This document shows positions 15,686 to 25,228 of a stretch of 64,000 bases of DNA, in pieces. The position numbers and the translations under genes were made by a program. Positions within the stretch are counted from its first letter, which is position 1. Each line of letters begins with the position of its first letter. The notes beneath the pieces are model-generated. The model was given only the letters and a program-made list of their open reading frames with translations. It made no database searches and was not told the origin of the DNA. The stretch lies in NCBI GenBank assembly GCA_964453605.1, contig CAYVOI010000001.1:612095-676094 (forward strand). Direction: 5' to 3'. The stretch comes from an uncultured Gammaproteobacteria bacterium (GTDB lineage: Bacteria; Patescibacteriota; Patescibacteriia; Veblenbacterales; UBA10138).

Positions 15686-18406
15686 TTATGCGCCGTGACA
15701 ACGCTTATACTTCTTGCCTGAACCGCACGGGCAGGGGTCGTTGCGGCCGACTTTGTGGCCAGCGGCGTCGCGTGGTTTGGCTGAAGCGTTACCACTGGCG
15801 GATAGTGCCGGGGCGTACACGCTCTTGCCCTCGGCCATGGTCTTGGCTGGGCCTTGCTCTTGCATTTGTAAGCGCGGCGCCTCTTGCTCCTTAACTAAGT
15901 TCTGCACCACTTGGGATTTGTAAATGTTGTAAACCACTTCGTCCTGAATAGCTGCCAAGAGCTCTTTGAACATGCGGTAGCCTTCGCGCTTGTACTCCAC
16001 CAGCGGGTCGCGCTGACCGTAGCCCTGTAGCCCAATGCCACCCCTAAGGTGGTCCATGGTTGTTAAGTGCTTAACCCATAAGTTGTCTATACTCCGAAGC
16101 AGAATGGTTTTCTCGGCCTCGCGCATAATATGCTCGGGGTTTGTAACGCCGATTTTCCGAGCGTCGTTTACGAGCTGGGCTTCCAGCTTGTTGTACGCCC
16201 CACCGGCTAGACCCGTGAGGTAGGTAATTATTTTGGAACGAGCTTTAGCGTCAGCTGAAGCGTCGCCGGCTTCGGCTTCAATATCATCAAGCTTTTTCCG
16301 AAGTTCCTGGGGCACGGGGAACATGGAGTGAGCCACTTCGTAAATTTCCTGCAGGTTCCACTTAGACTCGTCCTCAATTGCGGTGTGAAAGGCAACTACC
16401 TCGGCAATCTCTGCCTCGATCATGCCTATGACCTGCTTTTTCAAAGCCGCGGGGTCGCTCTCAGTATCGCGCAAAATTTGCCGGCGGCGCTCGTAGATAG
16501 CCTCGCGCTGTTTGTTCAACACATCGTCGTACTCCACCAGGTGCTTGCGGATGTCAAAGTTGTTCCCCTCTACCTTTTTCTGCGCGGTGGCAATGGAACG
16601 GCTGACGAGCTTGTTCTCTATCGGTACATCGTCTGGGAGCCCGAGGCGAACCATCATAGCCTTTACACGATCACCCCCGAAAATGCGCATGAGGTCGTCC
16701 TCTAGAGATACAAAGAACTGTGACACACCGGGGTCGCCTTGGCGGCCACTGCGGCCACGGAGCTGGTTGTCGATGCGGCGCGCCTCGTGCCGCTCAGTAC
16801 CGATGACCCTCAGGCCCCCAGCCTTACGCACGAACTCAGCCTCGGCCTCTACGGCCGGGTTGCCGCCGAGTATGATGTCGACACCGCGGCCAGCCATGTT
16901 GGTGGCAATGGTGACCGCGCCTTTGCGGCCTGCCTGGGCGATGATGGCTGCTTCACGCTCGTGGTTTTTGGCGTTCAACAACTCGTGCGGCACGCCTTCG
17001 CGCGTGAGGAGCTCGGAAAGTAACTCGTTCTTCTCAATAGAAATAGTGCCAACCAAAACCGGCTGGCCAGCCTCGTGCGCCTTTTTTACCTCTGCTACTA
17101 CGGCTTGCAGCTTACCAGTTTCGTTCTTGTAGACCCTGTCTGGCAGGTCGGCGCGCACCATGGGGCGGTGAGTCGGAATAGAGACTACTTCCAGCTTATA
17201 AATTTTGAAAAACTCTTCTGCTTCGGTGGCCGCGGTACCAGTCATGCCAGCGAGTTTTTTGTAAAGCCTAAAGTAGTTTTGGAAGGTGATGGTGGCGAGC
17301 GTTAGCGATTCGCGTTGAATTTTAACGTTCTCCTTAGCCTCAATGGCCTGGTGCAAGCCTTCGGAATAGCGGCGGCCGAACATGAGGCGGCCCGTGAACT
17401 CATCTACAATCACTACCTCGTCGTCCCTCACCACGTAGTCACGGTCACGGCGGAACAGCGCCTTGGCTTTGAGCGCCTGCTCCAGATGGTGTACCATTTC
17501 GAACCCGCCCTCCTCGTAAAGGTTTTTTACTCCGAGCCAGCTTTCGGCTTTAGTAATACCCTCGTCCGTAAAGGTTGAGGCTCGCATTTTCTCGTCTACG
17601 TTGTAGTCGGTGTTCTCGACCAAAGTATCTACAAACCGTGCTACGTCGTAGTACTTCTGCACCGCCTCTTCCGCTGGTGCGGAAATAATGAGCGGGGTGC
17701 GGGCTTCGTCAATTAAAATAGAGTCCACCTCGTCCACAATGGCGAAGTGTAGGGGGCGCTGCACCATTTGTTCCTTGCGCCACACCATGTTGTCCCGGAG
17801 GTAGTCAAAGCCAAACTCGTTGTTGGTGCCGTAGGTGATGTCGGCCTGGTAGGCCTCGCGCCGTGGCACGGGGCGGAGGTTAGCAAAGGTGGGGTCGCTG
17901 TGCTGTACGGTGGGGTCGTACAGGTAGGCAGTTTCGTGGTTTATGCAGGCACAGGTCAGGCCTAAGGTCGCGTACACCTTGCCCATCCAAATAGCGTCAC
18001 GCCGTGCCAGGTAGTCGTTCACGGTAACCACGTGCACACCCTTACCCTCCAGCGCGTTAAGGTACACGGCACTCGTCGCAGTTAACGTTTTACCTTCACC
18101 GGTTCTCATTTCAGCAATTTGCCCACGGTGCAGCACCATGCCGCCCACGAGCTGTACGTCAAAGTGCCGCTGGCCTATGGCCCGCCGGGCGCCCTCGCGC
18201 ACGATGGCAAAGGCCTCAGGCAAAAGGTCGTCTAGCGTTTGGCCGTTTGCCAAACGAGTCTTGAGCTCTTGGGTACGAGTTTTAAGAACTTCGTCGCTCA
18301 GCGCTTTGACTTCGCCTTCCAGCTCATTCACACGCGAAACCAGTGGCTGGAGTTTACCAACCACGCGAGCATTTGGGTCGCCAAAAAGTTTGTTCAAAAA
18401 AGACAT
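15686..18406 (-). CDS. secA: Protein translocase ATPase SecA
   Basis: [45 protein letters not shown]-terminal [18 protein letters not shown]. Confidence 0.99.
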   Translation of the reverse strand: MSFLNKLFGDPNARVVGKLQPLVSRVNELEGEVKALSDEVLKTRTQELKTRLANGQTLDDLLPEAFAIVREGARRAIGQRHFDVQLVGGMVLHRGQIAEMRTGEGKTLTATSAVYLNALEGKGVHVVTVNDYLARRDAIWMGKVYATLGLTCACINHETAYLYDPTVQHSDPTFANLRPVPRREAYQADITYGTNNEFGFDYLRDNMVWRKEQMVQRPLHFAIVDEVDSILIDEARTPLIISAPAEEAVQKYYDVARFVDTLVENTDYNVDEKMRASTFTDEGITKAESWLGVKNLYEEGGFEMVHHLEQALKAKALFRRDRDYVVRDDEVVIVDEFTGRLMFGRRYSEGLHQAIEAKENVKIQRESLTLATITFQNYFRLYKKLAGMTGTAATEAEEFFKIYKLEVVSIPTHRPMVRADLPDRVYKNETGKLQAVVAEVKKAHEAGQPVLVGTISIEKNELLSELLTREGVPHELLNAKNHEREAAIIAQAGRKGAVTIATNMAGRGVDIILGGNPAVEAEAEFVRKAGGLRVIGTERHEARRIDNQLRGRSGRQGDPGVSQFFVSLEDDLMRIFGGDRVKAMMVRLGLPDDVPIENKLVSRSIATAQKKVEGNNFDIRKHLVEYDDVLNKQREAIYERRRQILRDTESDPAALKKQVIGMIEAEIAEVVAFHTAIEDESKWNLQEIYEVAHSMFPVPQELRKKLDDIEAEAGDASADAKARSKIITYLTGLAGGAYNKLEAQLVNDARKIGVTNPEHIMREAEKTILLRSIDNLWVKHLTTMDHLRGGIGLQGYGQRDPLVEYKREGYRMFKELLAAIQDEVVYNIYKSQVVQNLVKEQEAPRLQMQEQGPAKTMAEGKSVYAPALSASGNASAKPRDAAGHKVGRNDPCPCGSGKKYKRCHGA

Positions 18407-18451
18407 GGCAAAGGTATGAAGCAGGACTAACTGTACCAGCGTTTTGCCCTC

Positions 18452-18480
18452 TTGACAAGCCTGACGCCTGCTGGTAAGGT
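18452..18480 (+). promoter_or_regulatory. Sigma70 promoter of two-gene plus-strand operon
   Basis: TTGACA-17-TAAGGT with extended -10 TG. Confidence 0.6.
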
Positions 18481-18608
18481 TTCCACAATTTGGACTACTA
18501 TAAAAAATCTCTTTTACAAAAGCTCAGAGCGTTCAGGCTAGGGTTGTAGAAACCCAGTAACCTGTACGGCACCAGAACAACAAATCCACAACTAGAAGGA
18601 GCTAGACC

Positions 18609-19316
18609 ATGAACCGCCCCCACATTCGTTTGCTCACACTACACGGACTCAGCCAACTCAAGTGGTCTGAGGTTCAACGACAGCTGACGCAAGATGAGAT
18701 CACCTACATGCTACAGACGGCCGGTAACTGGTGGAAACATTCCGGCGATGTCAAGAAACCGCACGCTATGTTACCAGGCGGCTGCACCAACGGCTACATC
18801 AACGTCTTCCAGGCGCTTACCTACACCAACCTGTGTGAGATCTTCGCACACGATCTGTTCCTGCGGCTGCAAGATCAACTCAACGGCCACAAGCCTGCCT
18901 GGGTCATTGGCATTGCGCACTCGGGAGTGCCGCTGGCGCAAAAGGTGGCCGAGCTCTTCGGCTGCCGGTTTGATTACACCCACAAAACCGGCGACGACGG
19001 CCAAAAGTACGACCGTATCAAAATCGCCCCCGACGAGCCGGTACTCTTGGTGGACGAAATCATGGCGCGCGGAACGTCTATGCTCAACAGCAAACACGCC
19101 ATTGAAGCCTACCACCAGTACCCAATCCGGTGGCTCCCCATGGTAGGGGTATTCGTCTACCGTTCCGCCATCCCTAACATTGAGGGCTTGGAAATTGTAA
19201 GCTCTGCCAACTACGATATTCAGTCGTGGTCGCGGCACGAGTGCCCCCTGTGCCAGCAGGGGTCCCTGCGCATACACCCAAAAGAGGGCAACAACTGGGC
19301 GCTCTTGACCCAGTAG
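18609..19316 (+). CDS. Divergent orotate phosphoribosyltransferase-like (type I PRTase) protein
   Basis: PRTase layout with VLLVDEIMARGTS loop and C-terminal W..HECPLC; SD AGAAGGAG. Confidence 0.65.
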   Translation: MNRPHIRLLTLHGLSQLKWSEVQRQLTQDEITYMLQTAGNWWKHSGDVKKPHAMLPGGCTNGYINVFQALTYTNLCEIFAHDLFLRLQDQLNGHKPAWVIGIAHSGVPLAQKVAELFGCRFDYTHKTGDDGQKYDRIKIAPDEPVLLVDEIMARGTSMLNSKHAIEAYHQYPIRWLPMVGVFVYRSAIPNIEGLEIVSSANYDIQSWSRHECPLCQQGSLRIHPKEGNNWALLTQ

Positions 19317-19376
19317 CAGGCAATCGCCTGGCAAACTAGTTTACCAAAATCACAAACCAAAAACTATGAGGACACC

Positions 19377-19892
19377 ATGGAACTTTCATTCATACTGGTC
19401 AGCCTGAACACGGCTACTGTCCAGTTCCTGCGCGAACAGTTTGAAACTTTTCCCCTTACCATCGTGCACAGCTACCAGGCTGCCGTTGAGGCTGTGAAAC
19501 GCGCCGACAACCCCCTGCAAACAGTGCTGCTCACGGAACTGGGTATTCCCCTAACGCCGGGCAGTAAGCCGCACGCCGGTCTCTCGTTCTTGCTGCAGCA
19601 CGTAGCTGCCTACCAAGGTCTTAGGGCGGTCATCATAGGAACCAACGAGTTCCAAAACGGCTCGGTGGCCCAAGCCATGCGCGGGCTCAAGAGTAAAGAG
19701 TTCAACGGACGGTGGTACACGAGCAAGTACACCGTGAGCCCCATGCAGGACGTGGTGACCGAAGTCTACTTCGTGGAACTTTCGCCCCAAGCAGCAGACG
19801 AGGTGATTTCACACCCCATGGCCGTTGACTGGCTCAAGGTAATTGAGCTGTACACGGAGTACAACCAACAGAACAAGCTGGTGGAAACCTAA
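19377..19892 (+). CDS. Hypothetical protein, possibly a degenerate receiver domain
   Basis: SYQAAVEAV...VLLTELGIP resembles receiver beta3 with Glu for Asp; SD GAGGA. Confidence 0.5.
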   Translation: MELSFILVSLNTATVQFLREQFETFPLTIVHSYQAAVEAVKRADNPLQTVLLTELGIPLTPGSKPHAGLSFLLQHVAAYQGLRAVIIGTNEFQNGSVAQAMRGLKSKEFNGRWYTSKYTVSPMQDVVTEVYFVELSPQAADEVISHPMAVDWLKVIELYTEYNQQNKLVET

Positions 19893-19914
19893 ACCATCAG
19901 TCCAGCTCATACTA

Positions 19915-19951
19915 AACAGGCTCTCCCGCAATTCGGAGAGCCTGTTGTTTT
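19915..19951 (+). terminator. Intrinsic terminator
   Basis: AACAGGCTCTCC/GGAGAGCCTGTT 12-bp stem then GTTTT. Confidence 0.8.
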
Positions 19952-19965
19952 ACCTTAGAACGTAC

Positions 19966-20280
19966 CTAAACCGCCAGCTGAACCACCAGCAGAACAACGG
20001 TGAACAGAGCTAACCAGGAAAGCGTAGTCATGATGAGCTTTACGGCCTCTGCCTTTTTGCCTTCCAGGTACATAAGCACGGGCTTTAAAAAGATGAGGCA
20101 ACCCACCACGCCAGCCGACAGCACGAGCAGGGTGAGCATGGAAATGGGTGCCAACGCGGTGTCGGGCCGATTACCAAAGATATGGTTAGCATTAAAGAGC
20201 AACCCACCTACCACGGTCGTATAGGCGATGACGCCGAGGGCGCTTACGAGTCCGCGACGAACCAAGGACAGGTGTTCCAT
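19966..20280 (-). CDS. Small 3-TM membrane protein
   Basis: MEHLSLVRRG start, 7 nt after TGCTATAGT; hydrophobic. Confidence 0.75.
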   Translation of the reverse strand: MEHLSLVRRGLVSALGVIAYTTVVGGLLFNANHIFGNRPDTALAPISMLTLLVLSAGVVGCLIFLKPVLMYLEGKKAEAVKLIMTTLSWLALFTVVLLVVQLAV

Positions 20281-20299
20281 AGCGGCGACTATAGCATGG

Positions 20300-20848
20300 T
20301 TACTCACCAGGCACAAACACGGCGGCCGCCAGCACGGTAGTCCACAGGCCGTCCTTGTGGCCAATAGCTGACTGGGTAACGTTGGTGGTTTTAATAATCT
20401 TGCCGCTGGCTTTGTAGAGCTGCTCGCGCTCGTCCCAGGCGGCATTGGGGTCAAACTCTAACCCCAAGGTGGTAGCCAGCATGCTGGCGGCTAGGTCTTC
20501 GGCGTACTCACCCGCCTTCTCTTCGGTTTCGCCGAAGGACTTGTGCTCCGATAGGTAGCCGTACTGCGTGCCATCGCTCGGCAAACCTAACCCAACCGCG
20601 GCGGCTATTAAACGATTGGGCTCGTTCGATCGGTTCTGGTAGATAACGGCAAACACCACTTCACCGGGCTTCAGCAGCTCCAAACCTTGGCTGCGGCTGA
20701 TAATTTTACAGCCGGGTGGAAAAATGGACGACACACCAACAATGTTAAACTTCTCGATGCCGGCGTCCCTGAGCGCCATTTCAAACGAGCCTAGCTCTTC
20801 TTTGTGCCGCCCCACACCTTTGGTAAAGAAAACGTACTTGGGAACCAT
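20300..20848 (-). CDS. pdaD: Pyruvoyl-dependent arginine decarboxylase
   Basis: [25 protein letters not shown] (Ser-Ser cleavage site), [16 protein letters not shown]. Confidence 0.92.
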   Translation of the reverse strand: MVPKYVFFTKGVGRHKEELGSFEMALRDAGIEKFNIVGVSSIFPPGCKIISRSQGLELLKPGEVVFAVIYQNRSNEPNRLIAAAVGLGLPSDGTQYGYLSEHKSFGETEEKAGEYAEDLAASMLATTLGLEFDPNAAWDEREQLYKASGKIIKTTNVTQSAIGHKDGLWTTVLAAAVFVPGE

Positions 20849-20893
20849 TATTCGTCTTGGTTAATGGTAACGCTCTACGGTGAAACCTACGGC

Positions 20894-21235
20894 TCAGGCA
20901 GAGGCTCGCTTGCTGCGCCGCTCACGCCTGAGCTTAGCCTGCTCCCTACCTTTAAGTTTCATGATCTGGCGTTCCAGTTTCGGCACTACCACGTCTATAG
21001 CCGCGTGCATGTCGGCCGCCTTAGCCCCAAGCGCAATGTCCGGCTCCCCCGGAATGTCCAGCCAGACTTCTACACGGTAAATGTTGCCTGACTTTTGGTT
21101 GTGGTCCACGTCAAGCTCCACCCGCGCGCGGGAAATTTTACCCCAGTAGTGCGCCAGCTTGCCTACTTTTTGGGTGACGTAGGTTTTGAGCGACGGCGTG
21201 AGCCTGAAGTCCTTACCTGAGATAATGATGTCCAT
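20894..21235 (-). CDS. hpf: Ribosome hibernation factor HPF/RaiA (short form)
   Basis: MDIIISGKDFRLTPSLKTYV..K; DMHAAID...KLERQI. Confidence 0.9.
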   Translation of the reverse strand: MDIIISGKDFRLTPSLKTYVTQKVGKLAHYWGKISRARVELDVDHNQKSGNIYRVEVWLDIPGEPDIALGAKAADMHAAIDVVVPKLERQIMKLKGREQAKLRRERRSKRASA

Positions 21236-21319
21236 AGCGAGCCTAGTAACTATAGGAAATACTCCCACGCGGTGCAACCCTCCTCGGGCCAGGGAAACCT
21301 GTGGAAAACTGAGTCACGC

Positions 21320-22294
21320 CTAGAAGCCTAAGTACCTGACCTCTTCCTGGAGCTGGAGGCCAAGGTTGTCCCGCGCGGCCTGCTTAATAGCCGAGATCAT
21401 CATCACCACCTGCTCAGCGGTAGCTCCACCGAGGTTTACTAAGTAGTTAGCGTGGTCCACTGATACCTGCACCTGCCCGATGGTTTTACCCTTAAAACTC
21501 AGGCACTTGTCGATGAGCCAGCTCGAGGGTAGCTGGCCACGGGCTATGAACTCTTCCAGCTTGGGCTCGCCCGCAAACTTTTGCCTAACCTCGTCAGGGT
21601 TTGTAATGGGCACGTTGGTGAATATGCAGCCGGAGGAGGGTAGGTGGTAGGGTTGGCCCTTACGCGCTCCGAGGTAGGTTTTTATCAACTCCTGGCTCTT
21701 CAACTTGTCTCCCACCTGAAGTTCCAGCGCCGCACGTAAGATAACATCGCTGTTATGCTTGAACAGCGATTCGCGGTAGGCAAAAACACAGTCAGCTTGT
21801 GGTACGTGGATTACCTTATCCCCGCGACACACCACGACCTCACTTACCCAGTCGCCAATGAACCCGCGTGGTGCGGCGGGCAGGCCGGCGTTGCCGTAGA
21901 TGGCACCGCCCACCGTGCCCGGCACGGCTACCAAAGGCTCCAGGCCAGTGAGGCCAGCGGCCACAGTTTGCTGCACCAGGTACGCCAGCTTCACGCCAGC
22001 CTCAGCTATAACCTGCTGCCCGTTAATGGTGAGCTGGTTACACCTGACCTCTACTACTAACCCCACCACGCCACGGTCGGCCACTAAAACATTTGAGCCG
22101 CCACCTAACATTGTAAGGGGGAGCTGCAGTTCATGCGCCACCTGAATAGCGCGCACGAGCTCTTGGGTGGTCTGCGCGGTAAAGAAGTACTGCGCCGGCC
22201 CACCAATTTTAAAATTGGTGTGCTGAGCCAACGGCTCACCGGCCTTTACCGTTTCGCCTAAATTTTCTTTAAGCTTAGCGTAGAGTGTAGGCAT
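21320..22294 (-). CDS. murB: UDP-N-acetylenolpyruvoylglucosamine reductase
   Basis: HTNFKIGGPA, LGGGSNVLVAD, PGTVGGAIYGNAG, SSGCIF, HANYLVN. Confidence 0.95.
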   Translation of the reverse strand: MPTLYAKLKENLGETVKAGEPLAQHTNFKIGGPAQYFFTAQTTQELVRAIQVAHELQLPLTMLGGGSNVLVADRGVVGLVVEVRCNQLTINGQQVIAEAGVKLAYLVQQTVAAGLTGLEPLVAVPGTVGGAIYGNAGLPAAPRGFIGDWVSEVVVCRGDKVIHVPQADCVFAYRESLFKHNSDVILRAALELQVGDKLKSQELIKTYLGARKGQPYHLPSSGCIFTNVPITNPDEVRQKFAGEPKLEEFIARGQLPSSWLIDKCLSFKGKTIGQVQVSVDHANYLVNLGGATAEQVVMMISAIKQAARDNLGLQLQEEVRYLGF

Positions 22295-22339
22295 AGAACT
22301 ACTGCTCAGCCTAGACAATACTTCGGCATTAGGCAACCC

Positions 22340-22368
22340 TTGACAAAACTGCTTACCTAAACTATAGT
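22340..22368 (+). promoter_or_regulatory. Near-consensus sigma70 promoter
   Basis: TTGACA-17-TATAGT. Confidence 0.75.
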
Positions 22369-22374
22369 AAGGTG

Positions 22375-22508
22375 TTACTTAATACATAGACCCTCAACAA
22401 GGTGTTTACCGTGGTACCAGAATTCTCAAGTTCCAGCACGAATCGCAGTCGAATAGGCGAAAAGCGTTAGTTGCGACAGGAGCTGGTATCGCGGTAAGCA
22501 CCTTTTTT
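22375..22508 (+). ncRNA. Long structured RNA (leader or stand-alone sRNA)
   Basis: 22-bp stem 22399-22420/22483-22504 with three G-U pairs, inner stem, followed by U run. Confidence 0.6.
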
Positions 22509-22543
22509 AAAAACAAATTTTTCAACCAACATAGAGGGTTACC

Positions 22544-22666
22544 ATGAAGAATTCATATGATCTTGCGCGACCACAGAACTCGCGGCGACCGCTGCTCCTC
22601 ATACCATTGCTGGCGATAGCCAGCATACTTGGCCTTATAGGGCACTTCGTGTTTCACCTATTCTAG
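22544..22666 (+). CDS. 40-aa single-pass hydrophobic peptide (below ORF track cutoff)
   Basis: MKNSYDLARPQNSRRPLLLIPLLAIASILGLIGHFVFHLF; SD-like AGAGGG at 22533-22538. Confidence 0.55.
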   Translation: MKNSYDLARPQNSRRPLLLIPLLAIASILGLIGHFVFHLF

Positions 22667-22684
22667 GTGCCGAGACCCACATCA

Positions 22685-22729
22685 AAAAGAAAAAACCGAC
22701 CTTGAACCCAAGGCCGGCTTTTTCTTTTC
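22685..22729 (-). terminator. Intrinsic terminator of mur operon (possibly bidirectional)
   Basis: GCCGGCCTTG-ggtt-CAAGGTCGGT plus T run on minus strand; T run also on plus strand. Confidence 0.8.
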
Positions 22730-22744
22730 TATCAAAACTACATG

Positions 22745-24151
22745 CTAGTGCTCACTGCCGGAAACTGTACCAAACTGCTTGATGAGCGCCTCCCCCACCT
22801 GCCAGACGTCCCCCGCTCCCATGGTTACCACCAAGTCACTGCGGCCGGCTGTGCTGCTCAAGTACTCAGTGGCTTGAGCGATTGAAGGGCAATACGAAGC
22901 TGTGGGTTTGTACTTCTTAATTTCTTCAAGCAGCGCTTCGCTGTCGGCACCTTTGCCCGCGTCGCGCGCCGAGGCATACGTCGGCAGCAGCACTACCTCG
23001 TCGGCCTCCGCAAAGCTCTTGGCAAAATCACTAAGCAGCGCTTGAGTTCTTGAGAACGTGTGGGGCTGGAATACACAGCGAATGTGCTTGTAGGGGTAAA
23101 ACGCTTTAAGCGCTTTCAAGGTCGCTGCAATTTCTGTGGGGTGGTGAGCGTAGTCATCCACCACCGTGACGCCGTTCGTTAGCTTGCCCTTCTGCTCCAG
23201 GCGGCGTGAGGTGCCCTCAAACGAAGCCAGGGCCTGACGGATAACTTCCAAATCAACACCTAAACGGCTCGCACAGGCGACGGCGGCCAAAGCGTTCGCT
23301 ACGTTGTGGCTGCCAATAAGCTTGAGCCAGAAATCACCTTTGAACTCTTCCCCCTGGCGCGCAGAAAAGTGCCAACGGCCTTCGTCGAGCCACATGCGCA
23401 CCATGCGCCAGTTACCGTCTTGCAAACCATAGCTCACAATTTGCTCTGGTTTGAGGCCTGCATCTGCCACCGCGCGTTTAACTCGGGGGTCGTCGTAGCA
23501 GGCCACCACAAAACCATCGGGCGGCAAGCGCTTAAGAAAGCTGACAAAGGCAGCGTAGTAATCGTCAGGGGTGGCAAAAAAGTCAGGGTGGTCCCAGTCG
23601 ATGCTGGTGAGCACCACGGCCTGCGGAGAGAAATACTGAAACTTGTTCTGGTACTCATCAGCCTCAAACACAAACAGGTCCCCGGAACCGGCCAGCGCAT
23701 TCCCCTGCCAGCCCAAGACCTGCGAACCAACCAAGGCTGAGGGGTGAAGCTTAGCTACCTCTAACACGTGAGCTAAAAGCGCCGAGGTAGTAGTTTTGCC
23801 GTGGGAACCTGCGACCGCAATAGCGCGTGTGCCTTGGGTGAGTTGGCCAAGTGCCTCAGGGTAGGTTAGCACCGGCAGTCCTTTAGCCAGGGCGGCCGCT
23901 ACCTCGTGGTGTGTTTCACCGTAGGCCGTGGAGCGGACTACTACATCTATTGGTTTGTCCAGGTGTTTGGCGTCAAATCCATCATAGCACTCCAAGCCTA
24001 CGCGCCGGAGCACCTCGTCGGTAAAAAAGTGTTCATCAGTGTCGCTCCCCCACACCTCGGCGCCGCGCGCTTTAAGGAGTTGGGCAAGCCCCGTCATGCC
24101 AACGCCCTTAAGGCCAATGCAGTACACGCGGCGGGCGCTCTTGATATCCAT
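22745..24151 (-). CDS. murC: UDP-N-acetylmuramate--L-alanine ligase
   Basis: IGLKGVGMTGLA, AGSHGKTTT, EADEY, DDYAHHPTE, FQPHTFSRT. Confidence 0.95.
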   Translation of the reverse strand: MDIKSARRVYCIGLKGVGMTGLAQLLKARGAEVWGSDTDEHFFTDEVLRRVGLECYDGFDAKHLDKPIDVVVRSTAYGETHHEVAAALAKGLPVLTYPEALGQLTQGTRAIAVAGSHGKTTTSALLAHVLEVAKLHPSALVGSQVLGWQGNALAGSGDLFVFEADEYQNKFQYFSPQAVVLTSIDWDHPDFFATPDDYYAAFVSFLKRLPPDGFVVACYDDPRVKRAVADAGLKPEQIVSYGLQDGNWRMVRMWLDEGRWHFSARQGEEFKGDFWLKLIGSHNVANALAAVACASRLGVDLEVIRQALASFEGTSRRLEQKGKLTNGVTVVDDYAHHPTEIAATLKALKAFYPYKHIRCVFQPHTFSRTQALLSDFAKSFAEADEVVLLPTYASARDAGKGADSEALLEEIKKYKPTASYCPSIAQATEYLSSTAGRSDLVVTMGAGDVWQVGEALIKQFGTVSGSEH

Positions 24152-24160
24152 AGGTATACG

Positions 24161-25228
24161 TTAACTTACTTCAATAACACTTCTGACTTCAGCTGCCACT
24201 TGAGCAGCTGCACTGCTCGGGAAGAGCTGCTGGAGCTTTGCGCCGAGCTCAGTGCGACCCTGCAGCGAGCTTAGTAACTCGGTAACGGTAGCAACCAGAA
24301 CCTCAGCGGTCAAGCCTCGCTCCGAGAGTACTGCCGCCGCACCTTTGGTTTGAAGTAAACGTGCATTGTTTTCCTGGTGGCTGGCGAGTATTGGCACCAC
24401 TACAGCGGCACGCGCCAAAGCCCCCAGCTCAGCCAAGGTGCCCATACCAGCGCGGGTTACCACCACGTCGGCCGAGGCTAACACGCTGGCGGTGTCGGTT
24501 GTGAAATCAAATTGGTGGTAACGAGGGTTGGCTGCTGCAGCATGTTCGCCCTTGCCCTGGCCAGTGAGATGAACAACCTGCGCTAGCTTAGTAAGTTCCG
24601 GCACAGCTTGCCCAGTTAGGTGGTTCAGGCTCTCGGCGCCAGTGCCACCGCCGAGAATAGCGACTACCGGCTCAGTGGGCGAAAGTTTAAGCTTCGCTCG
24701 AGCATCGGCCGCAGAGAGGTGATAAAAACTACTGCGTACTGGATTACCGGTGACCACGGTTTTACCTTTGGGGAAGTGCTCCAAGGAAGCTGAAAAGGCA
24801 ACGGTAATTCGGGCAGCGAAGGGTACTAAAATCTTATTCGTTAGGCTGGGCCTGACATCTTGCTGGTGGAGAACCACCGGCACACGCCACAGCCAAGCCG
24901 CCACCCCAACTGGCACACCAACATACCCACCAGCGACGAGTACCGCGTCAGTAGGGTGGTTCACAAACCAAGCCAACGCCTGCACTACCCCTAAAGTAAT
25001 ACGGAACAGATCAGACACGTTCTGCCAGCTCCAGTAGCGCCTGAGCTTACCCGAACTAATAGCTTGAAATGGAATGCCGTACGACTCAACCAGCGCGTGC
25101 TCTGGCCCAGCCTCGGTCCCAAACCACTGTACCTCAAGCTCTGGGGTGTGGCGTTTCAGCTCCTCGACCACCGCCAGCAGTGGAGTAACTGGTCCTAAGG
25201 TGCCGCCGCCGGCGCAAACTACTCTCAT
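24161..25228 (-). CDS. murG: Lipid II GlcNAc transferase
   Basis: GGGTLGPV, GGYVGVP, TGNPVR, HQENNA. Confidence 0.95.
   Translation of the reverse strand: MRVVCAGGGTLGPVTPLLAVVEELKRHTPELEVQWFGTEAGPEHALVESYGIPFQAISSGKLRRYWSWQNVSDLFRITLGVVQALAWFVNHPTDAVLVAGGYVGVPVGVAAWLWRVPVVLHQQDVRPSLTNKILVPFAARITVAFSASLEHFPKGKTVVTGNPVRSSFYHLSAADARAKLKLSPTEPVVAILGGGTGAESLNHLTGQAVPELTKLAQVVHLTGQGKGEHAAAANPRYHQFDFTTDTASVLASADVVVTRAGMGTLAELGALARAAVVVPILASHQENNARLLQTKGAAAVLSERGLTAEVLVATVTELLSSLQGRTELGAKLQQLFPSSAAAQVAAEVRSVIEVS

Noticed and set aside
2082-18539. Shared 13-mer GAGCGTTCAGGCT in the secD leader and the PRTase-like leader
   Set aside because: A single 13-nt match is expected by chance at this scale, and only the secD copy forms a hairpin.
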